From the IMG/VR virus record IMGVR_UViG_3300012987_000001, positions 1 to 64,000 of that record: a stretch of 64,000 nucleotides of DNA; one strand, 5' to 3'. The notes below the pieces were generated by a model that saw nothing but the letters and a program-made list of their open reading frames with translations, did not search any database and was not told where the DNA came from. Position 1 is the first letter of the stretch, and every line of letters begins with the position of its first letter. A program made the translations under genes and the position numbers. Shown piece by piece: positions 34,829 through 44,264 of the stretch. The DNA comes from a virus.

Positions 34829-35818
34829 TCACGGCTGGAAGTCGGCGTAGCGAACAGCTGCCGGCTGGTAGATCTTCACGCCACCGCAGCGCGCGCGGCA
34901 CGGCACCACGAACTCTAGGTTGCGGGCCTGCGGGGCCTCCTGGCGGAAATCCATCGGAATGACTGCCTCGAGCACGCTCTTGTCGCGCTTGTAGATGACG
35001 GCGCGATCCGTCGTGCCGCCAGCGCCAGCGCCCGTGAGGCGATACCACTGGTCGATGTTCTTGATGTACGGGTTGTTCAGCAAGAAGCTGCGCAGCACCG
35101 TCATCTGATTGTTGTCGGTGCCAACCGGGGTCGACGCCAACAGTGAGAACTGCGCGGGGGCGAACAGGATCGTGTCCGGGATGAACGACTGACTGTTCGC
35201 GTTCACGATGGTGTTCATCATCGTGTTGAGATCCGCAAGCATCTCAGCAGCCGTAGGAGTGGTACTCCACGGGTCGTTCGCCGGGTTGATGATGCCTTGC
35301 GACACCACGTCCGCGTTGTTGAGTAGACCCGTGATACCGAAGTCCTTGCCGACCTGACTCGGGTGCGTCGTGGTCCCGAGGCAGAGCACCTCGTCGATCG
35401 CGCGCTCGATGGCTTCGCGGGCAGCCTCGGCTTTTTGGGCCGAGAGCGGTCTGCCGACGCGGGCCGCTTCGGCCATCTCGTCCAGGTCCCACCCGTACGA
35501 GTCGCCGATGCGACGCACCTTGCCGTCACGCTCGGTAGAGCTCACGTCGATGCGTGGAAGATCGTCGGTCCCGTTGGCGATGATCTTCGCCTTACCAACC
35601 GTGTCCGCCACGAAATAGACGTACGAGTCCGCCGTCTCGGGGATGTCGTTTGCCACCGGCAGGTAGCTGCGGGCTTTCAGATCGGGGTAAACGATCTTGA
35701 AAGTCTCGGCGCGAACGAACTCGAGCTGTCGCGCGAGGAATGCGGTTTCGTTCGCATCGAAGCGCGTCGCAAGTTGCTGCTGGGTGATCTGGTTGATCAC
35801 TGCATTTCGATTCTTCAT
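34829..35818 (-). CDS. Major capsid protein (DUF2184-like, HK97 fold family)
   Basis: M10 of ORF 34829..35845, preceded by GGAGAAAG. Called from its size, position and recalled DUF2184 pattern. Confidence 0.8.
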   Translation of the reverse strand: MKNRNAVINQITQQQLATRFDANETAFLARQLEFVRAETFKIVYPDLKARSYLPVANDIPETADSYVYFVADTVGKAKIIANGTDDLPRIDVSSTERDGKVRRIGDSYGWDLDEMAEAARVGRPLSAQKAEAAREAIERAIDEVLCLGTTTHPSQVGKDFGITGLLNNADVVSQGIINPANDPWSTTPTAAEMLADLNTMMNTIVNANSQSFIPDTILFAPAQFSLLASTPVGTDNNQMTVLRSFLLNNPYIKNIDQWYRLTGAGAGGTTDRAVIYKRDKSVLEAVIPMDFRQEAPQARNLEFVVPCRARCGGVKIYQPAAVRYADFQP

Positions 35819-35918
35819 TTGGTGCTTTCTCCGAACTTCGGGCACACGCCCGCGTGAGCGCGCGCAGCGAGGCGCGAACCCGAAGGAGCCCTGATGGGCT
35901 CAGTCAGCTATTGGGCGA

Positions 35919-36407
35919 TCAGGTGCCCTTGGGGTGGTTGACGGTGACGACGGCCAGGCCTGCGCCCGTCACGCCGATGAAGTAGTTGCAGCCCGGGGCC
36001 GCTACGGCGTTTGCGGTATCGGCGTCCGCTCGGAACGCGCCCTTCACCTCGGTCGTGGCGATGAGTCCACGAACGAAGGCCGGGTCGGACTGCGCAACCG
36101 TCTGCTCGGTCTGCACCCATACGCGGCCGCGCACGAGTACGCGAATTGCGTCACCCGCTAGGTAGCCGACGCCGCTCTTGGCCGTCGCGTCGATGAGGGC
36201 CACACCGCCATCGTTCGCCGTGATCTCGGCCAAAGAATCAGGCAGCTCCCAATCGCCTTCGGCGCTTCGCACCACGTAGCGTCCAAACGGAATGTCTTCC
36301 GCGGCACGCCCGCTCACGACGTCGTTGAAGCCGCAGTCGTACTCCTGACCGGGAGCACCAGCCGCAGGCCCCGTAGAGACAACGGAACTTTGAATTGCAG
36401 TAGCCAT
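35919..36407 (-). CDS. Head decoration / cement-like protein
   Basis: Track ORF (162 aa) between the protease-scaffold and capsid genes, the usual position for cement proteins in DUF2184-type head modules. Confidence 0.55.
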   Translation of the reverse strand: MATAIQSSVVSTGPAAGAPGQEYDCGFNDVVSGRAAEDIPFGRYVVRSAEGDWELPDSLAEITANDGGVALIDATAKSGVGYLAGDAIRVLVRGRVWVQTEQTVAQSDPAFVRGLIATTEVKGAFRADADTANAVAAPGCNYFIGVTGAGLAVVTVNHPKGT

Positions 36408-36434
36408 GTTGGTTTCTCCGTCCGGGTTGGAGCC

Positions 36435-38198
36435 TCAGCCCCGCGCCTGGTCCTTGCTGGCGGCGAGCGGCTTGTTGAACATCTCGCGGTTGTTCTTCTT
36501 CATCTCCGCCTCGGCCTGCGAGACGATGTCATCCGCGGCGTCGACACGGGACACGGCCTTGTGCGCAGCCACGACGGAATCGATCCCGTCGGTGCGCGTG
36601 AACGTCTTGGACACGCTATCGAAGAGCGCCTGGACGTAATCGTCGGACTTGCCGTCGAACTTCTCTTCTTTCCAGTTCGCATCGGCGTTGATGCACTTGA
36701 TCATGATCTCGCGATCAGTCAGGCCATCGCACTTTTCTTCCGGGTCCTCGTCGTCCATCAGGAACTTAGCGGCGCGCTGGAGCAAGCGCAGGCGGGCGCG
36801 TACGCGGGCCTTTCCCTTCTCGCCCTTCTCCTGCTCGAGCTCGTCCTCGGCCATCTTCTTGGCCTTGGCGGCGGCGTCGAACTTGGCCTCGGCCTCATCC
36901 TTGGCCTTGATCGCGTCGGCTGCCTTCTTGTCGGCCTCCGCTGCATCGCTCTTGAACTTGGCGATCTGCGCGTTGTGCAGCTCGTCGATCTTGGCGAGGT
37001 GAGCGTCCGAGCCGACCTCGAAGTCTTTACCATCCAGGCGGATAGTCTTCATGATTTGGGTTTCCTCGTTGTCGACGCAGAAGGCGTCATGTGAATCCAA
37101 ACGGACCCCGACATCGGTGCCGGCGCGTCCTCGTCCCTTGGGCAGCACCGCTACATGGTTGTAGCGAATGTCCCGTTGAATCGCGTCGTAGCGCTCGCCG
37201 TCGAACACCCCTGGCGTGAAGTCGAGTTTGCACTCGTACCCACACGAGATGTCGGAGAGCTTCCCGTTCTCGACGTCGGCGACGGTAGCCGCGTCGTTGA
37301 TCACGAGCTCGCCTTCGACGTACCGCGCATCGGAGCGGACATTCTCGGTGTGCCCGAGGTTCGCCTCTTTCCAATTGTGCGGACCGATCAGCGATCGGTG
37401 GTGCGCCAGGTCGGTGACTGGTGCGCTCTGCAGCGTGGCCAGCGAGTCGGCGTTGAATACTTCGTCGGGGTGCCGCAGCTCGCGCCGGACTGAGCCATCG
37501 GCGAGCGTGTAGGGCAGGACGCCGATGCGGGTCAGGCGGGCATCGACACGGACGCCACCGACTTGGGTACGACGCACGCGGCCAGCGCGGCCCATCACGT
37601 CGAAGCGCTGAACAGCCTCGTCCGCGTCGGACTTACCGTATCGGTGCATGCTGAGAGCGCGCCCGGCCTCACTGGCCTTCTTGCGGCGCGCGGCCTCGGC
37701 TTCTTCCGGGCTGGGCTCAGTCGCGACAGCTGGATCCTGCGTTGCTAGCGCGCCAGCGTCCGCTGGCACGGTCACCACGCTAACTTCGGCGAGTTCGTTG
37801 TCTCGAAAGACAGCGACGCCGTTTTCTTCGGATTGATCGCCGTAGTCGAATCCGACCGAAATCCCGCGGACCTGCTTGGTGCGAACCAGGTCCCACACTT
37901 CCTCCGCGCGCGCGTTGCGCTCGTTGGCGAACGGGAACTGAATCCACAGCTCTAGCCCGCCATCGTTGGTGGGCTTGATGTCGACGCCTTTGCCGATCGG
38001 CGGCTTCTTGTCTTCGTGCGCCCAGAGAATTACTGGGTTGTCGAGAAACCGCTGAAGCTTCCAGCCGCGGAGCGACTCCAGCCGTTGCTGCCCATTGTCG
38101 TCGAACCCTTTGACGGGATCGCTCGTCGAGGCCACGACGTGGACGCGCCGCTGCCCCTCGTCGATACCTTCGAGGTTGAATGTTCGGCGTTTGGCCAT
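36435..38198 (-). CDS. Prohead protease (S78/HK97-like) fused to a DUF2213-like domain and a coiled-coil scaffold tail
   Basis: Track ORF (587 aa). The N-terminus has ..ILWAHEDKKPPIGKG..RGISVGF... The middle has ISCGYECKLDFTPGVFDGERYDAIQRDIRYNHVAVLPKGRGRAG. The C-terminal ~180 aa are charged and heptad-like. Confidence 0.75.
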   Translation of the reverse strand: MAKRRTFNLEGIDEGQRRVHVVASTSDPVKGFDDNGQQRLESLRGWKLQRFLDNPVILWAHEDKKPPIGKGVDIKPTNDGGLELWIQFPFANERNARAEEVWDLVRTKQVRGISVGFDYGDQSEENGVAVFRDNELAEVSVVTVPADAGALATQDPAVATEPSPEEAEAARRKKASEAGRALSMHRYGKSDADEAVQRFDVMGRAGRVRRTQVGGVRVDARLTRIGVLPYTLADGSVRRELRHPDEVFNADSLATLQSAPVTDLAHHRSLIGPHNWKEANLGHTENVRSDARYVEGELVINDAATVADVENGKLSDISCGYECKLDFTPGVFDGERYDAIQRDIRYNHVAVLPKGRGRAGTDVGVRLDSHDAFCVDNEETQIMKTIRLDGKDFEVGSDAHLAKIDELHNAQIAKFKSDAAEADKKAADAIKAKDEAEAKFDAAAKAKKMAEDELEQEKGEKGKARVRARLRLLQRAAKFLMDDEDPEEKCDGLTDREIMIKCINADANWKEEKFDGKSDDYVQALFDSVSKTFTRTDGIDSVVAAHKAVSRVDAADDIVSQAEAEMKKNNREMFNKPLAASKDQARG

Positions 38199-38214
38199 AT
38201 ATAATTGCGGCTAT

Positions 38215-38300
38215 CCCGCGCCGTGAGAGCAGGGGGTTGGTTGCCCCTGGACTAGGCAAAATACGTAAGCCCCATCGGTTCGAATCCGAGGCGGCGCGGG
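38215..38300 (+). other. tRNA-like structured element (acceptor-like closing stem plus T-arm with a TTCGAAT loop), not a canonical tRNA
   Basis: CCCGCGCCG (38215-23) pairs with CGGCGCGGG (38292-300). The internal hairpin is CAGGGG-GTTGGTTG-CCCCTG (38230-49). The T-arm-like part is ATCGG-TTCGAAT-CCGAG (38274-90). There is no D-arm and no convincing anticodon arm. Confidence 0.45.
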
Positions 38301-38303
38301 GCT

Positions 38304-39170
38304 CTACTCGCTGTCGTCTTCGAGCTCAGGGACAACGAAGTACGGAACGCACCTGCAGCTGTAATCTTCGCCGGGTAGGTTCGTGTCGCCCGCTTCGTTG
38401 GTCACAGGCGGATCGTCGATGTCGAATGTCTGACCATCGAGGTCGTCATGCATAGGGCGCACGCGCTCATCACCCGCCGTTGTCCAAACGAACTGCGTAA
38501 CGCCAGCCGACTGCGCGCGCCCTACCGCGATCTGCGAGTTGAGCCGGTTGCCCTGGCTCCGCGCGATCGTCTCGGCGTGCCGAGTCGTGATGTCGAAGCG
38601 ATCCTCGATATCCTTCGCCAGCGCTTCGTACGTGCGGCCCGCGCCGTCACGCAGCAGCGCCTCAAGCTTGGCCTGCTCGGACTTGAACATCGTCTTGGTG
38701 AGAGCGACGTTCTCCTTGCGCCACTTGGGCACGTACTTGGCGACGCCAGGAGCCGAGTCCTTGAGCTTGATCCCGATACGCTTGAACTGCGCGTCGGAAT
38801 GCCGCTCAACGTCGGTTGCGACCCCACCGAGGCGCTTGGTGAACCAATCGGCTTCGGCCGTTGAGCTGTAGTCGCTCAGGTTAGCGTCGATTGATTCGGG
38901 CGCCTCATCCTTGGCATCCGCGCGGTCCTCGGGCTTGGCGATCTTCTTGGCGAGCGCGAGAGCTTGGGGTCCTACCCGCTTCCACCACTGCGCGACCAGT
39001 TGCCGCATGGCGACGCGATAGCGAATGACCGGGCCGTCTGGCGGCTGGACCGCTTTGGCGTAGCGAGCGGCGCGCGGGAGCTTGCGGCGGAGTTTGCGGG
39101 TGGGCTTTCGAATCGCCTTCCGCGTGAGCGCCTGAGACTTGGCAAGCGGCCGGCGGCGAGCGACCGCCAC
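38304..39170 (-). CDS. Head morphogenesis protein (Mu F / SPP1 gp7 family)
   Basis: Track ORF. The C-terminal motif TAGDERVRPMHDDLDGQTF......PGEDYSCRCV is typical of Phage_Mu_F. Confidence 0.8.
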   Translation of the reverse strand: MAVARRRPLAKSQALTRKAIRKPTRKLRRKLPRAARYAKAVQPPDGPVIRYRVAMRQLVAQWWKRVGPQALALAKKIAKPEDRADAKDEAPESIDANLSDYSSTAEADWFTKRLGGVATDVERHSDAQFKRIGIKLKDSAPGVAKYVPKWRKENVALTKTMFKSEQAKLEALLRDGAGRTYEALAKDIEDRFDITTRHAETIARSQGNRLNSQIAVGRAQSAGVTQFVWTTAGDERVRPMHDDLDGQTFDIDDPPVTNEAGDTNLPGEDYSCRCVPYFVVPELEDDSE

Positions 39171-41575
39171 TATTCCACCTCGGGTTCTTCGTGGTTTTCG
39201 ATCGCTACAGACAGAGCCTTTTCGCGTTCTACGAGCTCTGCATGGCGCTGCGTTGCCTCGGCCGCCTTACGTTCGCTGTGCTGCAACGCCTTTTCGCGAA
39301 TGGCGACTCTGCGCTCAGCTTTGACCACAGACTCTCGTGCCTTGGCGGCGTCTTGGATTGCGGTCGACGTGTGATCGACTTCCCCAAGGGAAGAGCCACC
39401 GAAGGACGGCTCTTCCGGCAAGCCTTCGAGATCCGTGTTGTTGGCCAGGTGCGAGATGAGCGGCGTTGCGCGGTTGAACTTGGCCTCGAGTTTGGCGGCC
39501 GTCTTGAAGTCGCCCTTCTCGGCTGCCTCGCGCGCCTGGGTAAGAATGGGGCCGATCTTGTCCGACTTTTTGAGCTCTTTCTCGATGGCCTTCCGATCGT
39601 ACCGGAGATCGTTTGCCCTCTCGAGCGCTGCGGCGCGGCTCTCGTATGTTCCGTTGCTGTCCTTCGCCGCTGCTCTAGATTCATCCTCTGCGCTCTTCAG
39701 CTCGGAAATCTTAGCCGTGGCCAACTGGCGCGCCTTCGCGTCGTTTGCGAAGTGCTCGCGCTCAGACTCAACAAGATCCCGCGTAGCCGCGGCACGCGCT
39801 TGCTCCTCAGCGTGCGCTTCAGTTTGGAGCATCTCGTGCTCCTCGCGGGCCTCGGATAGGCTATCCCTGGCCTCTTCAAGACGATCCCGAGAAACCTCTA
39901 CGCGCTCGCGCGCTGCGTCGGCTGCGTAGTCAGCTTTATGGGCTGCTTCCGAAACCTCTTCGTGCTGAGACTCGAGGTGCTCAAGCGTTGGCGCGCTTGA
40001 TACTCCACTGCCTTTTCCTGATGCGCCAGAGTCGCCACCTCCGTCGGAAGAGGCGAAGCGTCCATTGTCATCGCGGGGTTGGTCGTCAGCGTCGGAACGG
40101 CCGAAGCCGCCTCCGCCACCAAACCCACCACCGCCGTCATTCGGCGGCGGAGCACGCTCTTCGGGCGGCTTGGACAGGTCCTCCAGGTCACCCTTGAGTT
40201 CGGCCTCGCGTGCGGCTTTGCCCTCGTCGGTGAGTTGGATCTCGGAGTCGAATCCGTTGGGTTCGCCGAAGCGCTTGTTGGCCACCTCAGACGCGACCAG
40301 GATGCCGTTGGTCGTTGCAACCGCGTCGCCTTCCAGGATCGTCTTGCGAGTCTGCGCCGCAGTAAGCGGCGGCTCGGTCCAGAGCGGCGGGAAGCGAATA
40401 TCGATCCGCTCCGGCTTGGCGTTGAAGGCCTTGGTGGCCAGCATCACCTTGACGATGCGGCGGATCTTCGGCGCGAGCTTGCGGGTCTGCTCGCTGCGGA
40501 TGCGGTCGTAGAACCAGCGGAAGTCGCTGTCGCCGGTGGCGTTCATGCCCGCGGGCGACTGGCCCATCAGGATCGTGACCGGGATCTGAACGGCTGCGGC
40601 GAGGCGCAGCATGAACTTGTCGAGCGTCGCCGGGATGTCCGAGAACGACACCGATTGGCGGGTGAAGTCTTCTTTTGCCGAACCATCAGCGTCACCAGCG
40701 TCGACGACGATCGCGCGCATGACCGATCGACATAGGTCGATCATCTGCATGCGCTTTCGCATCTCCGTTTCGCCGTTCGCGCCGAGCAACTCAGCGAGCC
40801 CGGACATCTTGAAGACGGCCTGATTGGCGTCGGTGAGCAGGAGCTCGACCGCCTTCCAGCCGGTGTTGAACGCGGCGAGCGGCTGTACCGCGCGCTGTAG
40901 GACCGAGTGGTCCCAAGAGTTGTTTTGCTCGCGCTCGAGCGAGCCCGTGGTCGCGCCGCCGAAGAGCACTAGGCGGCTCTCATGCACGACCGCGATACCC
41001 ATGCCCGACGCATGCGAGGACACGGCCGAGACCATGTACGTCTCGGGCTGTCCAAGCTTCGGGCTGGCGGGGTCGGTGTAGTACGTGAGCGGCCACAGGT
41101 AGCGCCGATCGAGCACGTGCACGAACGCCAGCGACTTGGCCTTCTCTGGCACCAGCGGCGTCGCGGCAGAGCGGCCGTCGTCAGCCCCGAGCACGAGCGC
41201 GGCGCCACCGTAGAGGCGCCCCCAGCGCCAGGCGTCGGCTAGTTTGGCGTCGATTCCGAGCGCTTCGAGCTGGTCGGAGAATTCGGAGTTTAGGCCAGCG
41301 TCGCCCAGGTCGAGCGTGAAGCCCTCGCGCAGGAGCTCGTCCGGCACGATATCGATCATGCGCGCGGCTAGATCATCGCCGTGATACAGGTTCGAAAGAG
41401 CCTGATCGGAGAGGCGAATGCTGCCGACGTACTGCGTATACGTCGTTTTATCGATCGACGTGCCGAAGCCGGTGACCTGGTTCTGCCAGTCGTCGAGGCG
41501 GGTCGTCACGTCAGAGAGCTTCGTGATTGCTTCACGGCTCAGGCCTCGGAGGGCTTGGATCAGCTTCGAGGACAT
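39170..41575 (-). CDS. Portal protein (DUF1073-like core) with a ~350-aa Gly-rich and coiled-coil C-terminal extension
   Basis: Track ORF (801 aa) immediately after TerL. A portal-like core covers aa 1-450, followed by GGGGFGGGGGFG and a long charged helical region. Confidence 0.8.
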   Translation of the reverse strand: MSSKLIQALRGLSREAITKLSDVTTRLDDWQNQVTGFGTSIDKTTYTQYVGSIRLSDQALSNLYHGDDLAARMIDIVPDELLREGFTLDLGDAGLNSEFSDQLEALGIDAKLADAWRWGRLYGGAALVLGADDGRSAATPLVPEKAKSLAFVHVLDRRYLWPLTYYTDPASPKLGQPETYMVSAVSSHASGMGIAVVHESRLVLFGGATTGSLEREQNNSWDHSVLQRAVQPLAAFNTGWKAVELLLTDANQAVFKMSGLAELLGANGETEMRKRMQMIDLCRSVMRAIVVDAGDADGSAKEDFTRQSVSFSDIPATLDKFMLRLAAAVQIPVTILMGQSPAGMNATGDSDFRWFYDRIRSEQTRKLAPKIRRIVKVMLATKAFNAKPERIDIRFPPLWTEPPLTAAQTRKTILEGDAVATTNGILVASEVANKRFGEPNGFDSEIQLTDEGKAAREAELKGDLEDLSKPPEERAPPPNDGGGGFGGGGGFGRSDADDQPRDDNGRFASSDGGGDSGASGKGSGVSSAPTLEHLESQHEEVSEAAHKADYAADAARERVEVSRDRLEEARDSLSEAREEHEMLQTEAHAEEQARAAATRDLVESEREHFANDAKARQLATAKISELKSAEDESRAAAKDSNGTYESRAAALERANDLRYDRKAIEKELKKSDKIGPILTQAREAAEKGDFKTAAKLEAKFNRATPLISHLANNTDLEGLPEEPSFGGSSLGEVDHTSTAIQDAAKARESVVKAERRVAIREKALQHSERKAAEATQRHAELVEREKALSVAIENHEEPEVE

Positions 41576-41581
41576 TGGTGA

Positions 41582-42922
41582 TTACTTGGTTCCGCTCGCT
41601 TTCTGCAGAGCGGCGAACATGCGGCTCATGCGACCGGCTGCGTGATTTGCGAGCATCAGAGCCCAGGCGCGATCGGCGTGACCTGCAGCTGTGCGCGGCG
41701 CGTCGTAGCGAACATTTCCCGCGGCAGTGACGAGCCGCCGAATCGCGTACACGTCGTCACGGAGTAACGGGATCTCGTCGACCCCGTTGAAGATGTAAGA
41801 TGCGGGAAGCTCAAGTTCCTCCGACTGAATCACGTCGTAGAGCCCGGTGGCTAAGTCTTCTTTGGCACCAAGAGAGAAGTCGACTTGCTCGATCTTGGAT
41901 CCGTAGGTGTTACGGATGCGCTTTGACGGGAACAGCCCGAGCCCGGTCTTATCGATCGCGAGACGCTGGCACTTGTATATGCCGATCGCCTTGGCTGAGA
42001 GGTCGTCTAGCAGCTTGTCGTCGGTGAGCTTGTGCGACTCGAGGTGGACCAGCCTACGGCGGTCACCGATTCGCTTCACTACGGCAAGTGTCGTGCGGTC
42101 GCGTGACTCGCCAATGTCGAGCCCGCCATACGCGATACCTTCGTCGACAATCGCTGCGACGAATCGCTTCGCGAATAGGTCGCTCGGGATGTACTGCAGA
42201 TCATTGTCGAGGAACTTGCAGCGAAACCACTGGTCGAAGATGCGCGCGTCGCCCTTCGCCATCGCCCAACACTTGGCGAGGTCGACGGGGTATCCCTGCG
42301 CGATCGCATCGTCGATCGAGACTTCGAAATGCTTCCAGCCCTTGATCTTGCCCTTGAGGACACCGACCCAAAGCTGCTCGAATTCGTTCCCGATGCCGTT
42401 GGGCGTGGAGACGACTCGGAGGCGCCCGCCGAGCATCGTGACAGCGGCGGCCGCGTCCCAAACCTTGCCCGCGTGCTGCTGGTAGGCGTACTCGTCTAGG
42501 AAAACGTTTCCAGAGAAGCTTCGACCGCCGCTCGCCGGCAGGGCCTTGATGCGGCCACCCGACGCAAAGACGATCTCCTCAGCGTTCTCGCGAACGATGA
42601 TGGCCATCTTCGATCCCAGTGCAACAAGTACCTGGGCATGGAGCTTGGCCTTAAGCAGAACCTCTTTCGACTCGCGGTCACCAACACTGATGACGGTGGT
42701 CAGCTCGCCGTGGAACGCGCCCCACAACACGGCAACCGCCGCCGTCGTGTGACTAAATCCGGTCTGGCGAGCCTTGAGGCAAATCGCATAGGCGCAGAGC
42801 TCGAGCAGCCATTCGAGCTGGAACTTTTTGAACGTTGAAAACCACGCGGCTAGCGCGGAAAACTCATTCTGGGGGAGACTCTTCCGGTATCGCGGGAGGC
42901 TCGGATGAGTCTTCAGATCCAC
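41582..42922 (-). CDS. terL: Terminase large subunit
   Basis: Track ORF with a GTG start. Walker A-like is LKARQTGFS and Walker B-like is NVFLDEYA. It sits between TerS and the portal. Confidence 0.85.
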   Translation of the reverse strand: MDLKTHPSLPRYRKSLPQNEFSALAAWFSTFKKFQLEWLLELCAYAICLKARQTGFSHTTAAVAVLWGAFHGELTTVISVGDRESKEVLLKAKLHAQVLVALGSKMAIIVRENAEEIVFASGGRIKALPASGGRSFSGNVFLDEYAYQQHAGKVWDAAAAVTMLGGRLRVVSTPNGIGNEFEQLWVGVLKGKIKGWKHFEVSIDDAIAQGYPVDLAKCWAMAKGDARIFDQWFRCKFLDNDLQYIPSDLFAKRFVAAIVDEGIAYGGLDIGESRDRTTLAVVKRIGDRRRLVHLESHKLTDDKLLDDLSAKAIGIYKCQRLAIDKTGLGLFPSKRIRNTYGSKIEQVDFSLGAKEDLATGLYDVIQSEELELPASYIFNGVDEIPLLRDDVYAIRRLVTAAGNVRYDAPRTAAGHADRAWALMLANHAAGRMSRMFAALQKASGTK

Positions 42923-43355
42923 CGATCACCTTGTCTCCAAATGCTTCACGAACGAGGCGAGACGCGGCGGCTGGGCTGGCGGCAGTTACGCCAAGCTCTT
43001 GCTTGATCGGTGCCTTAGCCCCAGCTACGTCTGCCCAAAGATCGCCCATCATCTTAGCAGCCTTGGCGTCGCCGTTGTTTACGGCGTCGATGTACAGGCG
43101 ACGGGCGCCGACGCTGATGTCCCTGACTGCTTCATCTCGGTCGGCCACCATGCGCCGGTGAGCTTCAGCCGAATAGTTCTCGACCGTCGAGACCGAGCAT
43201 CCCCATGTCTTCGCAAGTTCTCGCGCCGACTTGCCGCGCTGCCATTCGAGTCGCTCCATCATTCCCGCGATGTGGTCGACTCGCTCGGCTACCGACATCG
43301 GCGCCTCGCGCGCGGGTGACTCCGAGGATTCGGGGGCTGACTGGTCCGCTGTCAT
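42864..43355 (-). CDS. terS: Terminase small subunit (HTH-containing)
   Basis: M5 of ORF 42864..43367 (ATGA overlap upstream). The HTH-like segment is SARELAKTWGCSVSTVENY. It lies upstream of TerL. Confidence 0.65.
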   Translation of the reverse strand: MTADQSAPESSESPAREAPMSVAERVDHIAGMMERLEWQRGKSARELAKTWGCSVSTVENYSAEAHRRMVADRDEAVRDISVGARRLYIDAVNNGDAKAAKMMGDLWADVAGAKAPIKQELGVTAASPAAASRLVREAFGDKVIGGSEDSSEPPAIPEESPPE

Positions 43356-43600
43356 CGCCTCGCCCACTTCCGAGCGTCCCGAAACTCCTCTTCGACCTCG
43401 GCCTGCCGACTCAGCCGCGACCGCTCAACCGGGGTTGCCGGCGGGCTTGCGAACACTCGCTCCAGCGCTCGCGACACCGCGCGATCGAATTCGATCCGCT
43501 CCAGCAACCCAGAGGGCACGCTGGCCTGCCGTCGGAGCGGCAACTGTAGTGGCGCGTCTTGTCGCCGGATTGGGCCCGTAGTCGTAGCGGATGACTGCAC
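43352..43600 (-). CDS. Hypothetical protein (82 aa)
   Basis: Track ORF with a GTG start, coupled to the TerS start. Confidence 0.45.
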   Translation of the reverse strand: MQSSATTTGPIRRQDAPLQLPLRRQASVPSGLLERIEFDRAVSRALERVFASPPATPVERSRLSRQAEVEEEFRDARKWARR

Positions 43601-43642
43601 TGTCGATCGATTCAGCGTGTAACAGCGGCATGTTCCGTTCGG

Positions 43643-43960
43643 TCAGGCCGCGGCGGACTCGCCCGTTGGCGGCGTCGCGATGGGTAGGTCTTGCGGGCTC
43701 GGGAGGCAGGGTCGACTCGGGTCGAACACCTGCCCGTCGCGGTAGCCCGCTGGCACCGTGTGCACGCCGCGTTCTGCGCAGGCTTCACACAGCACCGTAT
43801 GGCAGTCGGGACAGGCGAACCCAGACCCGATCGGCGCTTCGCATTCTCCACACGCCCATTTGCCGGCCAGCGGATGCTCGACCGGAAGCAGCGTGGGTGC
43901 GCGCGACACTAAGAGTATGCCGCGCCCCCTGGCACGCCGTGACACAGTTTCCCTACACAT
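43643..43960 (-). CDS. Hypothetical zinc-ribbon protein (CGEC...CPDC...CEAC)
   Basis: M10 of ORF 43643..43987. Confidence 0.5.
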   Translation of the reverse strand: MCRETVSRRARGRGILLVSRAPTLLPVEHPLAGKWACGECEAPIGSGFACPDCHTVLCEACAERGVHTVPAGYRDGQVFDPSRPCLPSPQDLPIATPPTGESAAA

Positions 43961-44264
43961 GAACGCCGACTTTCTTCCCGATGGCATGAACCCCGCGGAA
44001 GAGCCTTTCCAGCACGAGTTTCAGCCCCTGCAGTTCGTCACCGATCCCCTGTAATTCTGGGATGATTGGCAGTTCCCCGTATCGGTCGTTCGCGATGATT
44101 TTGAACACCCGCGCGGAGTCCACTTCAAGGCGCCCTTTTGACCCGTCAGAAAAAACCGCAAACTGGCGCAGCCGACGGTACGCTGTGCGCCTGGAGCAGC
44201 CCATGATTTTGGCCGCGGCCGCCAATCGGATCCGTGTCGGGGTCACGTGCTTCTTGGTGCTCAC
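43953..44264 (-). CDS. HTH DNA-binding protein (103 aa)
   Basis: Track ORF. The HTH-like segment is RLAAAAKIMGCSRRTAYRRLRQ. Confidence 0.6.
   Translation of the reverse strand: MSTKKHVTPTRIRLAAAAKIMGCSRRTAYRRLRQFAVFSDGSKGRLEVDSARVFKIIANDRYGELPIIPELQGIGDELQGLKLVLERLFRGVHAIGKKVGVHV

Noticed and set aside
38215-38300. This element could be called a bona fide tRNA gene.
   Set aside because: Only the acceptor-like stem and the T-arm fit a tRNA. There is no D-arm. The candidate anticodon loop has a pyrimidine at position 37. The linker is too long. It is reported only as a tRNA-like structure pending covariance-model searches.
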